A stretch of 64,000 bases of DNA, taken from the NCBI GenBank assembly GCA_963735805.1, contig CAVTMK010000003.1:352001-416000 (forward strand). Reading direction: 5' to 3'. Shown here piece by piece: positions 61,479 to 64,000 of this stretch. This stretch comes from an uncultured Verrucomicrobiae bacterium (GTDB taxonomy: Bacteria; Verrucomicrobiota; Verrucomicrobiia; Chthoniobacterales; UBA10450). How positions within the stretch are numbered: position 1 is the first letter of the stretch; every line of letters starts with the position of its first letter. The notes beneath the pieces are model-generated. The model did no database searches and was not told where the DNA came from. It saw nothing but the letters and a program-made list of their open reading frames with translations. A program made the translations under genes and the position numbers.

Positions 61479-62258
61479 ATGGGGGGGTTGTTTCACAAAC
61501 TACGCCATCCGCGACGCTGTTATGTTGTCTGCACAATTCCGCGTTCGGGTAGCAATTTGTTGACGGACGGCTTGCGCGCCACTCGCCAGGCGGGCATGCC
61601 GAAACAATTCTTCCTCCCAAAATCGGAAGCTCTCTACGGTGCCGAGCTTGGACTGGATCCGGATACTGACTATCCGGGTTATGTGCGCGGCGTCATTAAT
61701 TCGAAAACGACTCACAATAGGGTTTTCGGCTTTAAATTAATGAGCTGGTATCTCGACGAGTTCCTTGTTCGACTACGAGATACGCGCGCATTTGGCGACG
61801 CAGAGACGGATGATCTCACTATGTTGCGAAAGGCTTTTCCGTGCCTTCGCTTTTTGCACATCGTCCGGCGCCACAAACTGCGACAAGCACTGTCCACGGC
61901 ACGAGCTCTTCAGACCGGTCTCTGGAAAGTACAGGAGGGAAAAGCCGCGTCGAGAGAACCGCAATTCGATGCCGAGTTAATCGAGCAATCTCTAAAGGAA
62001 GCCGAACGACAGGAAATGATCTGGCACAGTTTTTTTCGCCGAACCGGTGTTGCTCCGTTCCAGGTCGAATACGAAGAATTGTGCCGGGATTATGAGTCAA
62101 CGATCCACGGCGTGCTGGATTTCTTGCAAATTTCGCTGCCCGACGGCGCGCAGATCGGCCCTCCGGTGACAATCAGGCAAGCCGACGAACTATCACGAAT
62201 CTGGGAAGAGCGTTTCCTTACCGAGCGTCCTTTCGTGTACTCGCCCGCGACTGGCTAG
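61479..62258 (+). CDS. Stf0-family sulfotransferase
   Basis: PAPS-binding loop TIPRSGSNLL, VFGFKLM, RQALS..RA.QTG.W, YEEL and RQAD. Confidence 0.85.
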   Translation: MGGLFHKLRHPRRCYVVCTIPRSGSNLLTDGLRATRQAGMPKQFFLPKSEALYGAELGLDPDTDYPGYVRGVINSKTTHNRVFGFKLMSWYLDEFLVRLRDTRAFGDAETDDLTMLRKAFPCLRFLHIVRRHKLRQALSTARALQTGLWKVQEGKAASREPQFDAELIEQSLKEAERQEMIWHSFFRRTGVAPFQVEYEELCRDYESTIHGVLDFLQISLPDGAQIGPPVTIRQADELSRIWEERFLTERPFVYSPATG

Positions 62259-62268
62259 AACTAAAACC

Positions 62269-64000
62269 ATGCTTAACCCAAACGAGAAAATTGAGCCGAT
62301 AAACGTAGCCGAGGAAGTATCGAGGTCGTTCCTCGATTACTCGATGTCGGTCATCATTTCACGCGCGTTGCCGGACGCGCGCGACGGACTGAAACCATCG
62401 CAACGCAGAATTCTCTACGCGATGCACGATCTTTCTCTCTTTCCGGGCCGACAACATCGCAAATGCGCGAAGATTTGCGGTGACACCAGCGGTAATTACC
62501 ATCCGCACGGAGAAGCGGTGATTTATCCAACGCTCGTTCACATGGCGCAGCCGTGGGCGATGCGTGAGACGCTAGTCAATGGCCAGGGTAACTTCGGCTC
62601 GGTCGAAGGCGATCCCCCTGCGGCGATGCGTTATACCGAAGCGCGCATGACACATCTGGGCGCCGCGCTCATGACCGATATGGATAAGGACACGGTCGAT
62701 TTCGTCCCAAATTACGACGAGACCCGTACCGAGCCGACTGTTTTCCCGGCTGCTTTTCCGAATCTGCTGGTTAACGGCGGAACCGGCATCGCGGTGGGCA
62801 TGGCGACCAATATTCCGCCACACAATCTGATCGAAGTAATCGACGGAATCTGCGCGCAAATCGATGATCCAGACATCACCCTCGAGGGGCTGATGAAACA
62901 CGTGAAAGGGCCGGATTTTCCCACAGGCTGCGCGATCTGCGGCGTGTCGGGAATCAAGCAATACCTCGAGGCGGGCCGAGGCAGTATGAAGGTGCGCGGC
63001 AAGGCCGGCATCGAAGAGATCAAGGGGGGCAGGGAACAAATCGTCATCACCGAAATTCCATACAACGTCAATCGTGCCACGCTTGTGGAACGCATCGCGT
63101 CGCTAGTGAACGAAAAAGTACTGACGGACATCAGCGCCGTTCGCGACGAGTCCGATGAAAATACACGCGTGGTTATCGAGCTGAAGCGTGATGCCAATCC
63201 GAAAGTCATTATCAACAATCTCTACAAGCACACCGCGATGGAAAGCTCCTTCGCGGTCATTATGCTCGCGATTGATCATGGCCGGCCCAAACTTCTTTCG
63301 CTTAAGGAAGCGAACGCCTGCTATATTGAGCACCGGCGTGAAGTTGTACTGCGCCGCACCCGCTTCGAATTGCGTAAGGCGGAGGAGCGTGCCGAAACGC
63401 TCGAGGGTTACCTAATCGCACTCGCCAATCTCGACGAATTCCTTCGGATCATTCGGGGATCAGCTAGTCGCGATGAAGCGCGAGTGAAATTGCTTGCCTT
63501 CGAATTCACCAAGCGCCAGGTCGAGCAGATCGGCATATTGATTCGAAGCGAGACCCGCCTGACGAACGGCCGCTACGCATTCAGCGAACAGCAGGCTGAC
63601 GAAATCCTCAATCTTCGGCTGTATCAGCTCACCGGGCTCGAGCGCGAAAAGATCGATAAGGAATACAAAGAACTGATCGAATCGATCAAAGATCTCCGGG
63701 ACATCCTGGCCAAAGAGCAACGTGTTTTCACCATCATCAAAAAGGAACTCCGCGAAATTCGCGACAAGTACGGATCGCCCCGCCTGACGGAGCTCGTGCC
63801 GGATCAAGCCGAGATTAACATGGAAGACCTCATCGCCAACGAAGGCTGCATTATCAGCATCACACATGGCGGCTTTATCAAACGCACAGCGGTCAGCGCG
63901 TTTCGGGCGCAGAAACGCGGTGGCAAAGGTGTGATCGGCATGCAAACGCGCGAAGGCGCCACAGAAGAAGAGGAAGGTGATTTTGTAGAGCATCTCTTCA
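62269..64000 (+). CDS. gyrA: DNA gyrase subunit A (partial, runs off right edge; absent from ORF track)
   Basis: Hand translation gives FLDYSMSVIISRALPDARDGLKPSQRR, YHPHG, AAMRYTEAR and GIAVGMATNIPPHNL. Confidence 0.96.
   Translation, partial: MLNPNEKIEPINVAEEVSRSFLDYSMSVIISRALPDARDGLKPSQRRILYAMHDLSLFPGRQHRKCAKICGDTSGNYHPHGEAVIYPTLVHMAQPWAMRETLVNGQGNFGSVEGDPPAAMRYTEARMTHLGAALMTDMDKDTVDFVPNYDETRTEPTVFPAAFPNLLVNGGTGIAVGMATNIPPHNLIEVIDGICAQIDDPDITLEGLMKHVKGPDFPTGCAICGVSGIKQYLEAGRGSMKVRGKAGIEEIKGGREQIVITEIPYNVNRATLVERIASLVNEKVLTDISAVRDESDENTRVVIELKRDANPKVIINNLYKHTAMESSFAVIMLAIDHGRPKLLSLKEANACYIEHRREVVLRRTRFELRKAEERAETLEGYLIALANLDEFLRIIRGSASRDEARVKLLAFEFTKRQVEQIGILIRSETRLTNGRYAFSEQQADEILNLRLYQLTGLEREKIDKEYKELIESIKDLRDILAKEQRVFTIIKKELREIRDKYGSPRLTELVPDQAEINMEDLIANEGCIISITHGGFIKRTAVSAFRAQKRGGKGVIGMQTREGATEEEEGDFVEHLF

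Overview
Gene-dense bacterial chromosomal window with no phage, integrase, transposase or CRISPR array. Gene content and repeat style suggest soil Verrucomicrobiota (Chthoniobacterales-like); this is an inference, not a database result. It holds about 62 CDS and one tRNA-Arg(ACG), in this order: partial TonB-dependent receptor, GNAT, cysNC/cysD, orphan nuoBC, phoH with a 7TM-HD hydrolase, LPS core genes (heptose kinase, gmhB, kdsB) and pyrG, sua5/purE, aroK/queG, a MacAB-like ABC system, purB, an envelope block (DedA, MsbA-like ABC, acyltransferase, two unusual glycosyltransferase-like paralogues), an HtrA/Deg protease with a catalytically degenerate partner, an orphan PafA/Dop-family enzyme, a Tat amidase, an SNase-HhH fusion, thiE, a split T2SS-like pseudopilin cluster, FTR1, a VPS10-like propeller protein, psd/pssA, and gyrB-Stf0 sulfotransferase-gyrA (partial). 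The best leads are the protease/pseudoprotease pair beside an orphan Pup/UBact-type ligase bracketed by two GT-like paralogues, a sigma54-driven 62-aa protein, a sensor-less PgpH-like protein downstream of two unknown exported proteins, the split T2SS cluster, and the sulfotransferase inside the gyrase operon. All calls come from reading motifs by eye, and several starts were moved from the ORF track.
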